Part shown: one piece after another, positions 44,042-64,000 of the stretch
Layout: each line of letters starts with the position of its first letter
Position numbering within the stretch: position 1 is the stretch's first letter
DNA from: Amoebidium appalachense
Taxonomy: Eukaryota; Protista; Ichthyosporea
Direction: 5' to 3'
DNA: 64,000 bases
Assembly (NCBI GenBank): GCA_963693365.1
Contig: CAVNZM010000001.1
Coordinates: 14,866,418 to 14,930,417 of the forward strand
Notes under the pieces: model-generated
Databases searched by the model: none
Told to the model about the DNA's origin: nothing
What the model saw: the letters and a program-made list of their open reading frames with translations, nothing else
Program-made: the position numbers and the translations under genes

Positions 44042-45056
44042 GGTTACTGCTTACTTCGTGTGGTTAGAGAATGTTCTAAACATCGGGGGAATTGAACAAG
44101 AGAACTGAAGAGTGTGATCCTCCAAACTCTTGAGGCTCAGGAAACGAGTGCCCGAATGATTGCGCAATCACATTTTCAAACCCCAAGATTGTAGATTTTC
44201 AAGTTTCTCTGACTTGCAAATTCATTTGAAACCAATTTGCATTTGCATGCGCCCCACTTGGACATCCACAAAAGCCAGCATCCTTTCCTTTCTTACCTCC
44301 AGTGTGTTCGTTCCCGGTTGAAACATGAAACTAAACAAGCACAAATGATCCTCTGGAGTTGGCTGTTAGGCTGCCTTGTTTGGGTGGCTGGACGGCTGGC
44401 GGTGAAGGTGGAATGAACAGAGATTTGATTTCGGCCGGCACACACATGCTTCTATGTTGTGTGTTTGTGTTGTGGTGTTTTGTTTTTGTGTCTCCCACTC
44501 TCTTGCTTCAACGTTGTTTCGTGTGTGCGTGGTGTCTTAGCAGGCTGCCTTTGGGTGCTCCAGCGGTAGTGTAGGGCAACATCTGTTCACAACATGACGA
44601 GCAAACCCAAGCGAACGGCTGCACACACAGCCCCATGTGCTTTATTTAGTTTTCAAGCTTATCGTGACAGTGAGCACTCCCCGCTACCATCCTTTGGTAT
44701 CTCTGCCCGTACCCTCCCCTCCCCCCTCCTCTCAACCTCCCTCCCACCTGCCCTTCCTCCCCCCCTCCTCTCCCCCCCCCTTTCCCCTCGCCATTCTTCC
44801 CCTCCTCCTCAACCAACCCCCCCCCCCCCTCCCCCCCCCCCCTCCCTCCTCTTCTTCCTCTTTGCGCTGCTTTGCATAACAAGTGCCCTATGACGATACA
44901 AAGGCGAAGCGGAGACCCGGTATGCCTTGTGCTGCTGGAATACCTGACGATGAATCTTTAGCCTGAGGGCCGGCCGCACACTCTTTCATTATCTGTTTTT
45001 TGTAAATGTTATAAGCATGGTGCTCGCTCCCCCCCCTCCTCCCCCCTCCCAACACA

Positions 45057-45158
<102 letters not shown>

Positions 45159-45769
45159 TTGGCCCACTTTCCTGGCATTTTGTTGCAATTTCCTTCTGCC
45201 AAACGAAGTACTACGGAACCCCCCCCCCCCCCCCCCCCCCCTTCCCTTTTCTCCCTCTCACCATGTTTTTCACCGCCGCTCCTTCCCCCAACCCCCCTAT
45301 CCTTCCCACACACACCCTCCTCCGCAGTCTTCTTGCTATTTAGTGTTGCTAAGCTACAACCTCCCACCCCTCGTTCTCTCCCTCTTTTTGTCCCTCTCTC
45401 CCTCCCCTCTCCCCCCTCACTCTCACCCCCCCCCCCTTCCCCCCCCCCTCCCTCCCTCTCTCTTCCCATCCCCTGCACCATAACCCCCACCCCGCCCTTT
45501 CTCTCTATCCAACTGCCCCCTCCCCCCCTCCCCCCCCCCCTCTCCTGCCCCCTGTTCCTTACCGGTGTCCTTACATGTTGTCTCTATCATGCTACAGTTC
45601 TTTTGAAAAGGTGTCATCCCCATTTGATCATGGACGTTCCATTCAATGCCCTGTTATTGTAGTGTTGCATTAGTATTGTATTGCCTGCATTGTTGTGCTC
45701 TCTTCCGTCTTTCTCTTCGTCGTTTTCTCTCGGTTTCCTTCCCCCCCCCCCTCTCCCCCCCCCCCCATC

Positions 45770-45819
<50 letters not shown>

Positions 45820-45874
45820 GAGAGAGAGAGAGAGGAAGCCTTTCTTTGTCACTCTCCTCCACGAACATACCCCC

Positions 45875-45905
<31 letters not shown>

Positions 45906-45909
45906 TTTT

Positions 45910-45949
<40 letters not shown>

Positions 45950-45972
45950 GTGTGTATGCACGTACGTCTGTG

Positions 45973-46017
<45 letters not shown>

Positions 46018-46056
46018 CATTGGTTGTTTGGGACGGGTTGGTAGTGGTGGTGGTGG

Positions 46057-46108
<52 letters not shown>

Positions 46109-47679
46109 CTCTTGCATTTAAATTTTCACTTCCACGCATAAACAAACAAACACACACGAACAACACACCGGCACCTACCACATAGCCGAGGGGAAAGACA
46201 CATCACCCAATGGATATTTATGGAGACACTGGAAATCTTCGACATGAGCCTTAATTAAAAAAGGCTTTGTTCATACTTCTGTCAGCGCATTTGTTGGACT
46301 TTGATTTCTATTTGCGGTTTTCATCGTCTTTCTAGTGTGTGTATTCAGATTTTCTTTACATTTTTTTTTTTTTCCCCCTTCTGCTCTTCTTCCTCCTATG
46401 TCTCACCTTCTCGGGTTCTCCCCCACCCCCCCCCTCTCCCCCCTCCCTCCCTCCACGACGTGCAGGTCTTTCCCTCAGGCTGCCCCATCCACATTTCGCA
46501 CTATCCATGTAAATGATTTATCTTGTAAGATATGGCACCTCGTTGTAAGGCACCTGGTGTGTCCATTTGCTACTTCGATAGGCTATACCGGATTGGCCGG
46601 ATTCAGTCTAATATAATGACTGTGTACGCATATAAATTTAATAATTATGTTCATTCTCAACCTGTCACATCATGCTAATGTATGGCAGCTCGGAGTCCAA
46701 AGGTACGTATACATGGAGAGCTCGAGCCTCACAAATCTAATTGGGCCTTTGTGGCCGTGGTGGTGGTGGTGGTGGTGGTGGTGGTGGTGGTGGGGGGGGG
46801 GGGGGGGATGAATGCGCGCATGGGTCGGACCTTAGGAATACCAACCAGGACTGTGTTCCGGAAGCATCTTTTTCATTGACTTTCAGCACGTGTACGTATA
46901 TGTACATGTGTACTTACCTACCATGAAGTTACGTGTGGTATGTGCATGCAGGGTCGGTGTACATGCATGTGCTCGCGTACGACGCTGTGTACACGTATTG
47001 AATTTCGTGGATATCTACACAAAGGCACTGAGTAGCCGTTCGTATGTAGTCTCCTTGGGGTGTCCCGCTGCAGAGCTCATATATATCATGCCAGGGGACT
47101 GCGTCGACATATTCCAAGTATGACCAATGTCTAGACGCTTGGAGACAGTCCTCAAAGTGACTTGAAAACTTACATTAATAGGGCATGGAATTCGTGTATG
47201 TAAATCAGTTGAATTCAAGTTGAAATCTGGTCGTGGTGTTTTGTTGCATTGCATGGCGATAGCTAGCAAAAAAAAGGGACACACACAGCGGCTTGAAGAG
47301 AACGTAGACACGTATAACATTTTTGTGCATTTGTGCATTGGCTACGTCACAGGGGGATAGGGGGGGTTTGCCCTGGGGGGATGGTGGTGGTGGTGGTGGT
47401 GGTGGTGGTGGTGGGGGGGGGGGGGGGATCATTTTCGGGTACCCAGCAAAGGACCATCATGATCATAGTAGGCCATTTATAAGATCTGAATCACCCCCCG
47501 CCACACACCGGCAGCATGGCAACATTCGGTCGGCAATCCAGTTGCCCGCTGACATACATATTTGGTTAAACTTGCTATCTCTATTATTAGACAATAGTCG
47601 TGTTTCAAACATTCAGATACAAAGAAAAACAAAAGGTTTTGCGTTTCTAAATGCTATCTCTCTATGTTAAGCTTCCTCT

Positions 47680-47712
<33 letters not shown>

Positions 47713-47999
47713 TGCCCCCCACCCCCACCCCCGGCGGGGACGCCCTTAGGCTACACCTTTTCTTATTTATCTGAGCCTTTGCCATCATTGCATATCCAAA
47801 AACACAAGAGTCTGGCCGACAAGATAACCTATCGGGATGCCAGCTATCGTCAAGTGGATACCACCAGAGCACGATCTTTCCCGACAATCCTTCCTCAAAT
47901 CTACGCGTCCAGTTCTCGTTAATAGAGGTCCCCCCCCCCCCCCCCCCCCCCCCACCTCCCCCCTGCACCCGCCGAAAAATCCAAGTACACAAGTCTGTG

Positions 48000-48033
<34 letters not shown>

Positions 48034-48037
48034 CACA

Positions 48038-48072
<35 letters not shown>

Positions 48073-48073
48073 C

Positions 48074-48639
48074 CTACGTATCGAGCTCGTACTTATTCTT
48101 GCGGATAAACTCCTGCAAATTTTCAACCTTGAACCCCTCCAGCGTCATTAGTCTCCTGACTGCCGCTGAGCCGAACAGGGGGGTTTTCCCGTCCACATCG
48201 GTGATGGGGGCTACGTGGTCCTTGAATGGGTCGTAGGGGGGAACGGTGGCGTTGAAATGGAGGTCTGGGCACTTCATGGGCGGATAGCTGGTGGGTAGGG
48301 TGCAGTGTTAGTTGTGCAGTGCAATGAAATTGACATGTATTTATTTTTCAAAATGATGCTGTACGAGTTATTTGCGTGATTGAAGTTGTATGACTGATAT
48401 ACAAGGCCATATGATGACTCTAAAATGCTGATTACCATGGCAGTGCTCGTTGCTCACATGATTGAAGTTTGTGTAGCTGATATTAAAAGATAACTTTATG
48501 ATGCTGTACGTTATTCGCATGTTTGCGGTTTTTTTTCATCATGCTTTGCCAGGCATCTGTGTATGCCCCTCACGATAAGACTACAGTACGTGTGGGACGT
48601 GTGCACGTTTGGGGCGGTGGCAGGAGGGGAGGAGGAGGA

Positions 48640-48673
<34 letters not shown>

Positions 48674-48989
48674 CTCAATACCTGGCATGGAATTTCTCGA
48701 AGCCCGCGCGCACAAACACGTTGGGGGGCACATATGGCAGGTTTGTGTTTGCCTTGATGACGTCAGAGAGCCCCCAGCGGCCCTCCAGGATGGCCTTACG
48801 TAAGTCACACAGGTTCTTGCTGTCCTCCTTGCCCGGCTGGCACTTCTTGGCAATCTGATTGGTTGCTGTTAGTCAGCCTGTTTCACACGTGATCCGGTTG
48901 TGCTACTCCCCCCCCCCCCCCCCCCACACACACACCCATCCCCCGCTCCCTCTCCCTCTGTCCCTTTTCTTTCTTTCATTTCATTTACC

Positions 48990-49026
<37 letters not shown>

Positions 49027-49972
49027 CTCTTTTTTGGGCTTTCCCATGTGGTGCTGGTGCTATCCCATTGAGACTCTAATCAGAGAGACAGGACACACAC
49101 AAGCATCTAATAGTAAGCTACACCCTAGGAACAAAAATCTAGATCACAATCAACAGTTTGGGAAATGGGGAAGGGGGGAGCGGGTGCGGAGAGAATTTAC
49201 TACGAACCGGGATCTAGAAAAACGCAAGCACACCCACACCCACCCACCCAACCACTTACCCACAACCCCCCCTCCCGTCCCCCCTCCCTCCCCCCCCCCT
49301 TCTCCCTGCCCACACACACACGTCCACGCACGCACGCACACACACACACACACCTGCTTGTTCAAGCGTCCGCGAAACCAGAATCTATCTGAGCGCTGCA
49401 CGTTGCAGAACTCATAGGCCAGCCCTTGCATGACGGTAGGGCCCACACTGGCATTGGGCAGGTGGTACTCGGCCATCATCCCCACAAACAGGTCAACGTT
49501 GGCTAGGTTGTTGTCGTACAGCGCACGCATCTTGCTGTAGGTGTGTGTGTGTTTAGGGGGAGGGGGCGAGGGGGAGGGAGGGGAGTGAGGGGGTTTTGTG
49601 CATGTCCGTGCCCGTGTACGTGTGTGTCAGGTGGATGGGGTTTGTGTGTGTGAAGGGGAGGGGGGTTGAAAAGACAGGAAGGAAAGACGGGTTAGAATAA
49701 AAAACCATTGTTAACCTCACCACAGCTCCCTCTCCTCAAATGCTTTACCCCTCTTATCGCCTGCTCCCGCCTCATCCCCCTTTCCCCTCCTTCCCTCCCC
49801 CCCCCCCCCCCCCCCGCCAGCACACTTCCCCCCCCCCCCCCCCCCCGGTTATTCCGCCTCGTCCCCATCTCCCTCTCAGCCCTTCAAACACACACACACA
49901 CACGTACCCACCCACACCTGCCCCCTCCCCCCCCCCCCCCCTTCCCCTCCACCCCCCCCCCCCCATCCCACC

Positions 49973-50022
<50 letters not shown>

Positions 50023-50371
50023 TTTACACACGTACACACACCTGATCAGCAGCTTATCACTAGTGATCTGGTCGAAGCTGGTCAGCACATCACCCGTCAG
50101 GTGGGCCCTGACTGTGCGATAGTCCTCCAGCCCAAAGTCTCTCCCCCGCTGGATGTCGACAGCAACAATGTCCATGGCTGGCGTGTATTGTGGGCCCTGG
50201 TGGATCATGTAGTTCCTGTGCGCGCGTGTGTGTGTGTACGTGTGCGTGCGTGTGTGATGGAGAGAGAGAGGGGGGGGGAAGGGGGGAGGGGGGGAGGTGG
50301 GGAGGGGATTGTCAGTACGAAATGCATGTTCACAACACCGAGATGACCGTAACCGCGTGTGAGTTAAAAAC

Positions 50372-50402
<31 letters not shown>

Positions 50403-50548
50403 AAAAACGGGTATGCAACTTAAGTGGTAGTGGTGGTGGTATGTTCTTGTGTAAAGAACTACTATGTACAGTGCAAAGGGCAAACATGCAGTCGAAGCTT
50501 ACAGAAGGGTACCCGCCACACGCACGGCAGCGACGGCGGGGCTGGGCG

Positions 50549-50585
<37 letters not shown>

Positions 50586-51622
50586 GGGGGGGGGGGTGGT
50601 GGTGGTGGTGGTGGGGGGGGGGGGGGGGGGTAGGACTTACTCAAACAGGTGGTTGCGCATGCCATCCAACACCTTGGCATCCTGCTTCTCCATTGGCTGG
50701 GTGAACAATCCGATCAGAATCGGCTCGATCTTATTTCCTGTTTCGGCGTAGGTGGCATCATCGTCGAAATAGCCGCTGGCTTTGGTGATGTTGACGGGCC
50801 CGGCCGGGTGGGGGGTGTATTCCTTCTTGGCTGAGTCGAATTTGGTGTCGTCGTACCGGTCATAGCGATTGGGGATCTGGTGGGGTGAAAGGGTCAATAA
50901 TAGCTGTTGGGGATCTGATATGGGTAAAAGGGTTAGTACGTAGAAATTCACCTTATTTGGCCCAAATATAGGGATCCAAATTTAAAGTGAGGTGAAAAAA
51001 CGGGTTTTTTTGGCCGACGTGGGCACTTGCGTGTATGCACATGTGTATCCGTGTAAGGTCTGTCCCCACACGTCCCCTTGGCACGAACATCTATCTACCT
51101 ATCCCCCCCCCCCCCCCCCCCCCCCCCCCCGCGGGGCCCCCTCCCCCACCTCCTTTTTTTTGCACCAATGAGAATTTAGTAAACCGCAGCTTTCACATAC
51201 CGCACTGTGGGCCATGCGGAAGATAGCGCCGGCAAACAGACGAGTGATGCCCAGTTTCGATGAGTCGTATTCGCCCTCCTCCAGGCGCACACCGAGCATG
51301 GAGGGAAGATACTCCTCCCACGTGATTCGCTGGATCTCCGCATCTAAAATGGATCTGGCCAATGAAATGGGCTCGTTAGAACTTGAAATAATATAAAGAA
51401 TCGGCTCGTTAAAGGACAGCAGGAACGATTTTGGTGTTAAAAAACGGGAACAGAGATAAAGGGTATGCTTGCAATATGTAGGGCATTTTGAAAATAACAA
51501 CTTTATAGTTGAAACTCATAACCTCGGGAGGTGTGGCACCTGCCAAGAGAAAAAGGCCATGACATCTGTCATCCATCGATGTCCACCTCTACCCCTCTCC
51601 CCACCACTTCCAACCAAAAAGC

Positions 51623-51670
<48 letters not shown>

Positions 51671-52766
51671 ACAATTTTTGCCCCCCTCCCCCCCCCCCCC
51701 CCCCCCCCTCTATCCTCCCCCCCTCCCCCCCCCCCCCCCCCCCCCCCTACCCTCCACGAATTAGCAAAGTGTACATAACTACGCAAAACACACACCTGGC
51801 CAGATGGAACACCTCCTCCGGCTCATTGCTGACCCCATCCTTCTCGATGATATCCACCAGCCTGTTATGTTCGCGCACAAACAGCGACTGCAGCGCACTG
51901 AGGCCAGGCACCACATTTGCCCTCTTGTCTCCCGCCACGGGCAGCTTCTTCCAGTACGTGTGGTCGTGTTCGATGTAGTGGTGCTCCCCTAGCTTGAGCT
52001 TGGCGGTACCCGGAACCACCAGCCCGGCTAGTTTGTCTGCATAGATATATATTTGATATTCAATAAAAAGTTAGTTATCTTTTAGTCTTTAATGTAATGC
52101 GTGCGGTTTGGGTGAGTGAGATGGTTGGGTAATTTTCGTTTCGTGTGTGGTTGTGTGTGAGGTCGTGCTCGTAGTGGGGCTTCCCCGGTAGCTTGCTAGA
52201 TTAAGCATGGCCGTGCCCGAAACGACCAGTCCGGCTAGTTTGTCTGCACAACATATTATCGAGTCATATGTATGAAGTAGGGGTTACTTTTACTCTTTGA
52301 TGTGATTTAATGTAATGGACACTGATTGTGTGGGCAAATATGTTGGGTGAATTTATAAACATTAAAAAAGTAGGAATATCATGTATGTTTAAATTCGTGT
52401 CGTGCTCAATGTGGGGGTGTTCGGGTTCCTCTAGTTTGAGTATGAAATATTGCATCTTGCCTTCTAATTGGATGCACCAGTCCCTGTATAATAAACACTA
52501 AATAAAAATACTAAAATAATAACTTATGATAAGTACTAAATAGATAGTACGGTATAATAATGATAAATACCGCTGCCTTGTTTGATTTCACAGGCCAATT
52601 TCCGTACACGCATGAGTGGGTGCAAGTCGCTAGAAGCAGCAAGTCGCTAGAAGCAAAGTTGATTTTTGATTTTTCGCTTTCGAGCGAGCGTACATGTGTG
52701 TGCCTGCATTGTGTGTGTGTGCGCGCGCGTGTGTGTGTGCAAGCGCGCTCGTGTTTTTTTTTTTTT

Positions 52767-52813
<47 letters not shown>

Positions 52814-53061
52814 CATACACTCCTCGGAGCCATAAACGACCGATGCATCGATCCAGTGTGTGATGTTGTTGAGCACCTGGTCTTTTTCGTGCCCCTCCGC
52901 ACGCTCAAACATGATCTTCTGTCCGGGGCGCATTTTCATCTGGTACTCGTGGCTGCCGTGGATGGGTATGTCGGCACGGTCCGACATTTTAACCTTGGTA
53001 CCCGTCATATCTGCCGTGGGTTTACGTGTGCGTGTGCGTGTGTGTGTGTGCGCGCGCGCGC

Positions 53062-53103
<42 letters not shown>

Positions 53104-54340
53104 AGGTCTGGGATGTGTGTGTACGCAAGTGTGCCAAGGGTACATGTACATGTGCGTTGTGTAAGACTAACAGGTGTGCAACGTGAAAGAGCCAGAGAGG
53201 AAGAAGCACATGCACGTGGATGAATTCTTGTTAGTTGTGCCAGAACACACACACACACATCCACAGTGCACAACACCTGCCTGTGAATTTTCCAACAGCT
53301 ACGGACTTGCACTAGCCACTAACGAGTGTGTAAGCATGCTGTTGAACAATGCTACCACTTGCACATCTTCGTCAGAGAGCAAATCATGTGCATTCAGAAC
53401 CGCATCAGCAACCATGCCCCCATGGCCCCTGTATATGCCATGCCATTGTAAAATAGTGCGCACACACCACATACACACACACAAAAATAGGGCATACATA
53501 AACGCAGACAGCCATGTATACACGTATACATCGATGCACAGCCACACATACGCCACTACAGATCAACAGCCCTCACACAAAACCCACCATGGTCCACAAA
53601 TTGGCCAAACTGCATAGCCATATTTGTGAGCCCGCGCTCATCCAAGATCTCCTCATCCTGGTTAAATATCACATTGCTGATCAGCCGGGGGTTAGGCCGC
53701 CCCGTGTGGAAGGTGTTTGTGAGGACATTTCTCTGTTTGCATCCACGGTCCTTGTATGCCGTGCCTATCATGCCCCCCACAGGGTTGTTCAGGCAGTTGC
53801 AGTGACCTGCAGGGATGAGAAAGAGAAGAAGTCAGGACTAGACGAGAGCGAAGAAAACGAATACAAAAGGTGGGCCTTATTTACCCAAAGAAAACGTGGA
53901 ACCAGGTGTGCGTGTGTCATCCACAGAACTATGCATAAATCCTGTCGTTCAAAAAAAATACGGAAACCTCCAGTTCAATTCATGCCAGCAGGCAGAAATG
54001 TCACTAAACCATTGATTCCTTTCTGACTTCCGTAGGATGGTTTGAACGTCCACAATGCCCAGAAAAAACCATGTGGGTTACTTGGAACGTCCCATAGTCC
54101 GAGAAACTATTTTTCTGAGAATTGAACGTGCAGGAAAGCTATTTCATGGTCGATCGAGACTCCCATTTTGCTGCTTCAACGTGATCACTAGAGGGCGTAA
54201 GGGATGCCTTTGTGTGCACTGGAGCAATACATATCGCTCTTACCATTCAACGTTCTAAACTGAGAAGCAAACGGGCAGGCGGCATCTGCGCCGCCCGAGG
54301 CCCATATGGCCAGAGCCGCAGCTAGTAAAATAGGGTTCAT
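48074..54340 (-). CDS. Secreted heme peroxidase of the peroxidase-cyclooxygenase (animal peroxidase) superfamily
   Basis: Exons 54244-54340, 53588-53806, 52819-53010, 51796-52036, 51201-51354, 50641-50876, 50042-50215, 49354-49534, 48682-48854, 48074-48287. Signal peptide MNPILLAAALAIWASGGADA. Motifs: FRTLNGHCN, PNPRLISN, distal FGQFVDHD, NNITHWIDASVVYGS, AGDKRAN, FVREHNR, proximal FRMAHS, IQRGRDFG, VDLFVG, DRFWF. The TAG at 48074 overlaps a possible donor (AC|gtaggg), so the C-terminus is slightly uncertain. Confidence 0.93.
52040..52490 (-). pseudogene. Two decayed tandem copies of the acceptor and 5' part of peroxidase exon 4
   Basis: CCGGCTAGTTTGTCTGCA occurs at 52024 and 52231. Copy 2 reads KLAGLVVSGTAMLNL and copy 3 reads LKLEEPEHPHIEHD, versus the real exon KLAGLVVPGTAKLKLGEHHYIEHD. 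Confidence 0.75.
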
Positions 54341-55662
54341 AGTGGACAGAAGTCTACTGAGGAAAACACGAAACGGTTCTGTTTTTGACCGTGGGCACAG
54401 GCGCAGGCACAGAGCCTGAGGGAAGCAGTCCAAAACGAATTCCTAAGATCGCACTAAATCTTTTCGAAGTATTTCGTAAAAAAACGAAATTCACAGTTTG
54501 TTTTTCCGAATGTACGACAGTGTATTCCACAGAAGCCAGTATCATGCCGTACAAAAACAAGCAAATTTTTCATTAGCTCGTGTTTTGGTTTTGTTGGCAA
54601 CTTTATGTGAACATCTGTATACAGATGTATTTGAATTTGTCTCACGGCGTACGACTGATACAGGGCGTCTGTTAGAACAAATACTATTCGAAGCTGAATT
54701 CGTAAAAATGACGAAAAAAGGAAATGGTCGCCAGCTGCTGCTCCAGAGCAAATCATACCACAAATGAATGCAACCAATAGAAAGACATATATTTATACCT
54801 TTCAAAACATTGACCAATCACATCAAATTAGTTGGGTTTTGGAATGTGAGTCATTAGTGTTGTCTGAGCACTCCATGAGCAGCCTCGTCTGCCTGTCAAC
54901 AGTGGCAACGGAAAAGTGGGGGAAAAAATGTGTCTGTGTTATATGAAACAGGAGAGAGTGGTTCTTTGTCCATGCATCTCCTTCTGCTTTTCTTGTCCTT
55001 CTTTTTTCGTTCCGGTGCCGCTTAGGCCAAACTTCCAGCAAAAAATCCACGTTGATCCCCCGTTGCAGTTGTGCGTCGGACTCCCGGCCGTAATATATAT
55101 TTATTAAACATGTACACAATCACAAGATAATCACGCAATATAACAAATGGAAAAAGATACCACACGACACTAGACCCGATGAAAGCATACACCTTGAAAA
55201 ACTAAGCCTTATGTCTCGTTTTATATATACTGACCGCCTCAACCATATTGCCAAATATGGCACTCGCAAGTGTATAACACCTAAATACATATTACCTTCC
55301 TGTAGAACTGGTCTTTCTCTAGCTGATGGTATTATTGATCAATTACCACGCTTTTACTGTACACGTGCTATACAGTGGAGATCTAATAAGTATAAGGTGG
55401 CATCATTTGCATGCCCAAACAACACACACAGACACCAGTTTAACCGGTCATGTATCGCCAAATGTAGTTTGATAGACCACATAATACCGCAACACACACA
55501 CGTCACATTCACAACAGACACCCAGAAAGATAGCCTACCTGTAAATTACAACATCCTTGATTTTATACTAAACACGCGTAACTACGACCTGTTTATTAGG
55601 TGTATTGATTGGCTTGAGAAACACATCACTACAAAATTATAGCGCACGCGCACACACACACA

Positions 55663-55715
<53 letters not shown>

Positions 55716-55747
55716 CCAGCTGATACCGAGTGTCCCGAGGGGAGCCC

Positions 55748-55788
<41 letters not shown>

Positions 55789-56199
55789 GGGGAACCCCAA
55801 CTAATTGATTTCTCCTTGTAGTCTTTATGGTGTCTCGTAGAGAAAGTAAACCCTGATATATAGTCACCACCCGACATCTATGTACGTGATCATGATATAC
55901 CGCTGAGGGGATATTCCGAGCAAAACCCCCCCCCCATACCTGAGACTGGTTCTCTTTGCCTCGAGTAAACAGCGTAAACCCCCTAATATATATGTGTTAC
56001 GGCCCAGGCCTTTCAAGAACACGGTATCCGAATGACCAAAAAAAAAAATAGTATACTAATATAGCTATCTACATATAGTTTAGTATGGATAACGCCAGAA
56101 GCTTGTACTGCTGGTTCTATAGAAAAGCTAACTTAGTAAATCACAGTAGCCTGTACTTTGGTTGGCAAGAACTTCGGCTTGCAGCTTGCTGCATCGATA

Positions 56200-56246
<47 letters not shown>

Positions 56247-57261
56247 ACCCACCCCAATGGGTCATGACGACCTTCTTCACCGGTCAGTTTATGTTGCCGG
56301 TGGAACTGCTCACTATTCATTCATGATTGACAGTCATTGTACATGTCTGATGAGGAAGTATGTACAAAACTACTTGTACAGGCTGCTGCCTGCCTTAGCA
56401 CATGTTAAATTTGTATATAAACTCACGGGCAACTAAACTTGATAAGCCTCTAGAGGTCCTGGCTATAGACTAGCTATAGAGGTGCATGTCAAGAGAGCGA
56501 GGTCACCACTAAAAAATGAGTGAGAGAGGCATCGGGGATGCATAGTGAATAAGAACACCGTTGCGAAGTTGGGAACGATATGCTCCCTAATTTTGTGGAT
56601 GCTCGCAGCTCGAGCTCCAATTTATCACTGGTCTGAGATCTCTAACTAGCCAAAGAGAACGTCAGCCAAAGAGCCTCCTCTGACGCCATCTGCATGAAAC
56701 AGTTTTCAAAAACTGCTGCTAGAGTCGATATGATCATATGGTGGCTAGAGAGCCAAGTCAGGCTATTGTACGATGCCAGAGGCCCGGAGGAGCTCGAATA
56801 GCAAGGGAGTTGTGTGTGTGTGCATGTGTGGCCAGCTGCTTGGGTCCTTTCGTGCACAGGTGTGCATGCGTGCGTGCGTGCGTGTACCTTTGTGCGTATG
56901 TGTGGGTGAGTATGGGTGTTTGTCAGTGTGCCGAGGTGTACATGTGGATGTGTCGGTGTGTCACCGTCCTGTGCGTTTGTGTGTCACTTCGCCGGTGAGT
57001 GACAGTGTGCAGTAGCATCGTGCCACCGTTTGCAGGGCCGGCACGGGGAAGTGCACATGGGTTGAAGCTGTGGAATCCGAGAGGAATTTGCTTCGCTCGG
57101 TCAGGCTCATGAATAAAAATTCTTGGCGTTGCTGGCCACAGCGTGACGGCGAGCAGACGGGCTGACAACGGAAAGCAACCTTTCCCCTCTCGCAAGACTT
57201 TCCAGTCGCCTGGTTTTCTAGAGAAGGTCGAATAGAGCAATAGTTAAAAAAGAAAGGGGCC

Positions 57262-63503
<6,242 letters not shown>

Positions 63504-63536
63504 GTACGTTCCTCCAGAAAACCCCCCTCCTTCTCC

Positions 63537-63567
<31 letters not shown>

Positions 63568-63768
63568 ACACACACCTCCACCACCCACCACCACCACCAC
63601 ACACACATTACACACACACACACACACACACACACCCTCGCGCACCCAAACACATGCACAACACACACACACACACATGCGTACACAGACACACGTCCAC
63701 ACAGAGGCACACATGCACTCGCACGAAACTGTAGACACACACACACGTATACACACACACAAGCGCAT

Positions 63769-63804
<36 letters not shown>

Positions 63805-64000
63805 GGGAGGGTGGGAGGGTGGGAGGGTGGGAGGGAGGGAGGGAGGGAGGGAGGGGAGAGGGAGAGGGAGGGAGAGGGGAAGAGAGGGAGAGAGAGAGAG
63901 AGAGAGGCGAGGGACAGTGAGTGAGTGAGAGAGTTTGCATGTGATTAGAAAGACACCTCTCGGGTGGTTGGCTAGTGTAAAAAGCCGAATAGTCCACATG

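Overview
This is eukaryotic, intron-rich genomic DNA. The introns and UTRs are filled with poly-C/poly-G runs and (CA)n/(TG)n microsatellites, so nearly all ORFs in the supplied track are low-complexity artefacts. Manual GT-AG splicing with reading-frame continuity gives seven protein-coding genes and about 50 introns: a long-chain acyl-CoA synthetase (-, runs off the left edge), a single-domain ammonia-type NAD+ synthetase (+), F-actin capping protein beta (-), a PAP2-family protein with all three catalytic motifs degenerate (+), Nit1 (-), a secreted animal-type heme peroxidase (-), and an unknown secreted Cys-rich protein with an apparent frameshift (+, runs off the right edge). The most notable non-coding signals are: (1) a polarised intron architecture, with a C-tract after weak donors, (CA)n in place of the polypyrimidine tract, and complementary (GT)n/G tracts upstream; (2) a hairpin-headed, poly-C-tailed ~110-150 bp repeat found in introns in the sense orientation; (3) a candidate U12-type intron in Nit1; (4) a decaying tandem triplication of a peroxidase exon start; (5) a TIR-bounded MITE; (6) CArG/E-box minisatellites abutting acceptors. 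A unicellular opisthokont/holozoan source is plausible but is only an inference. No database searches were run.
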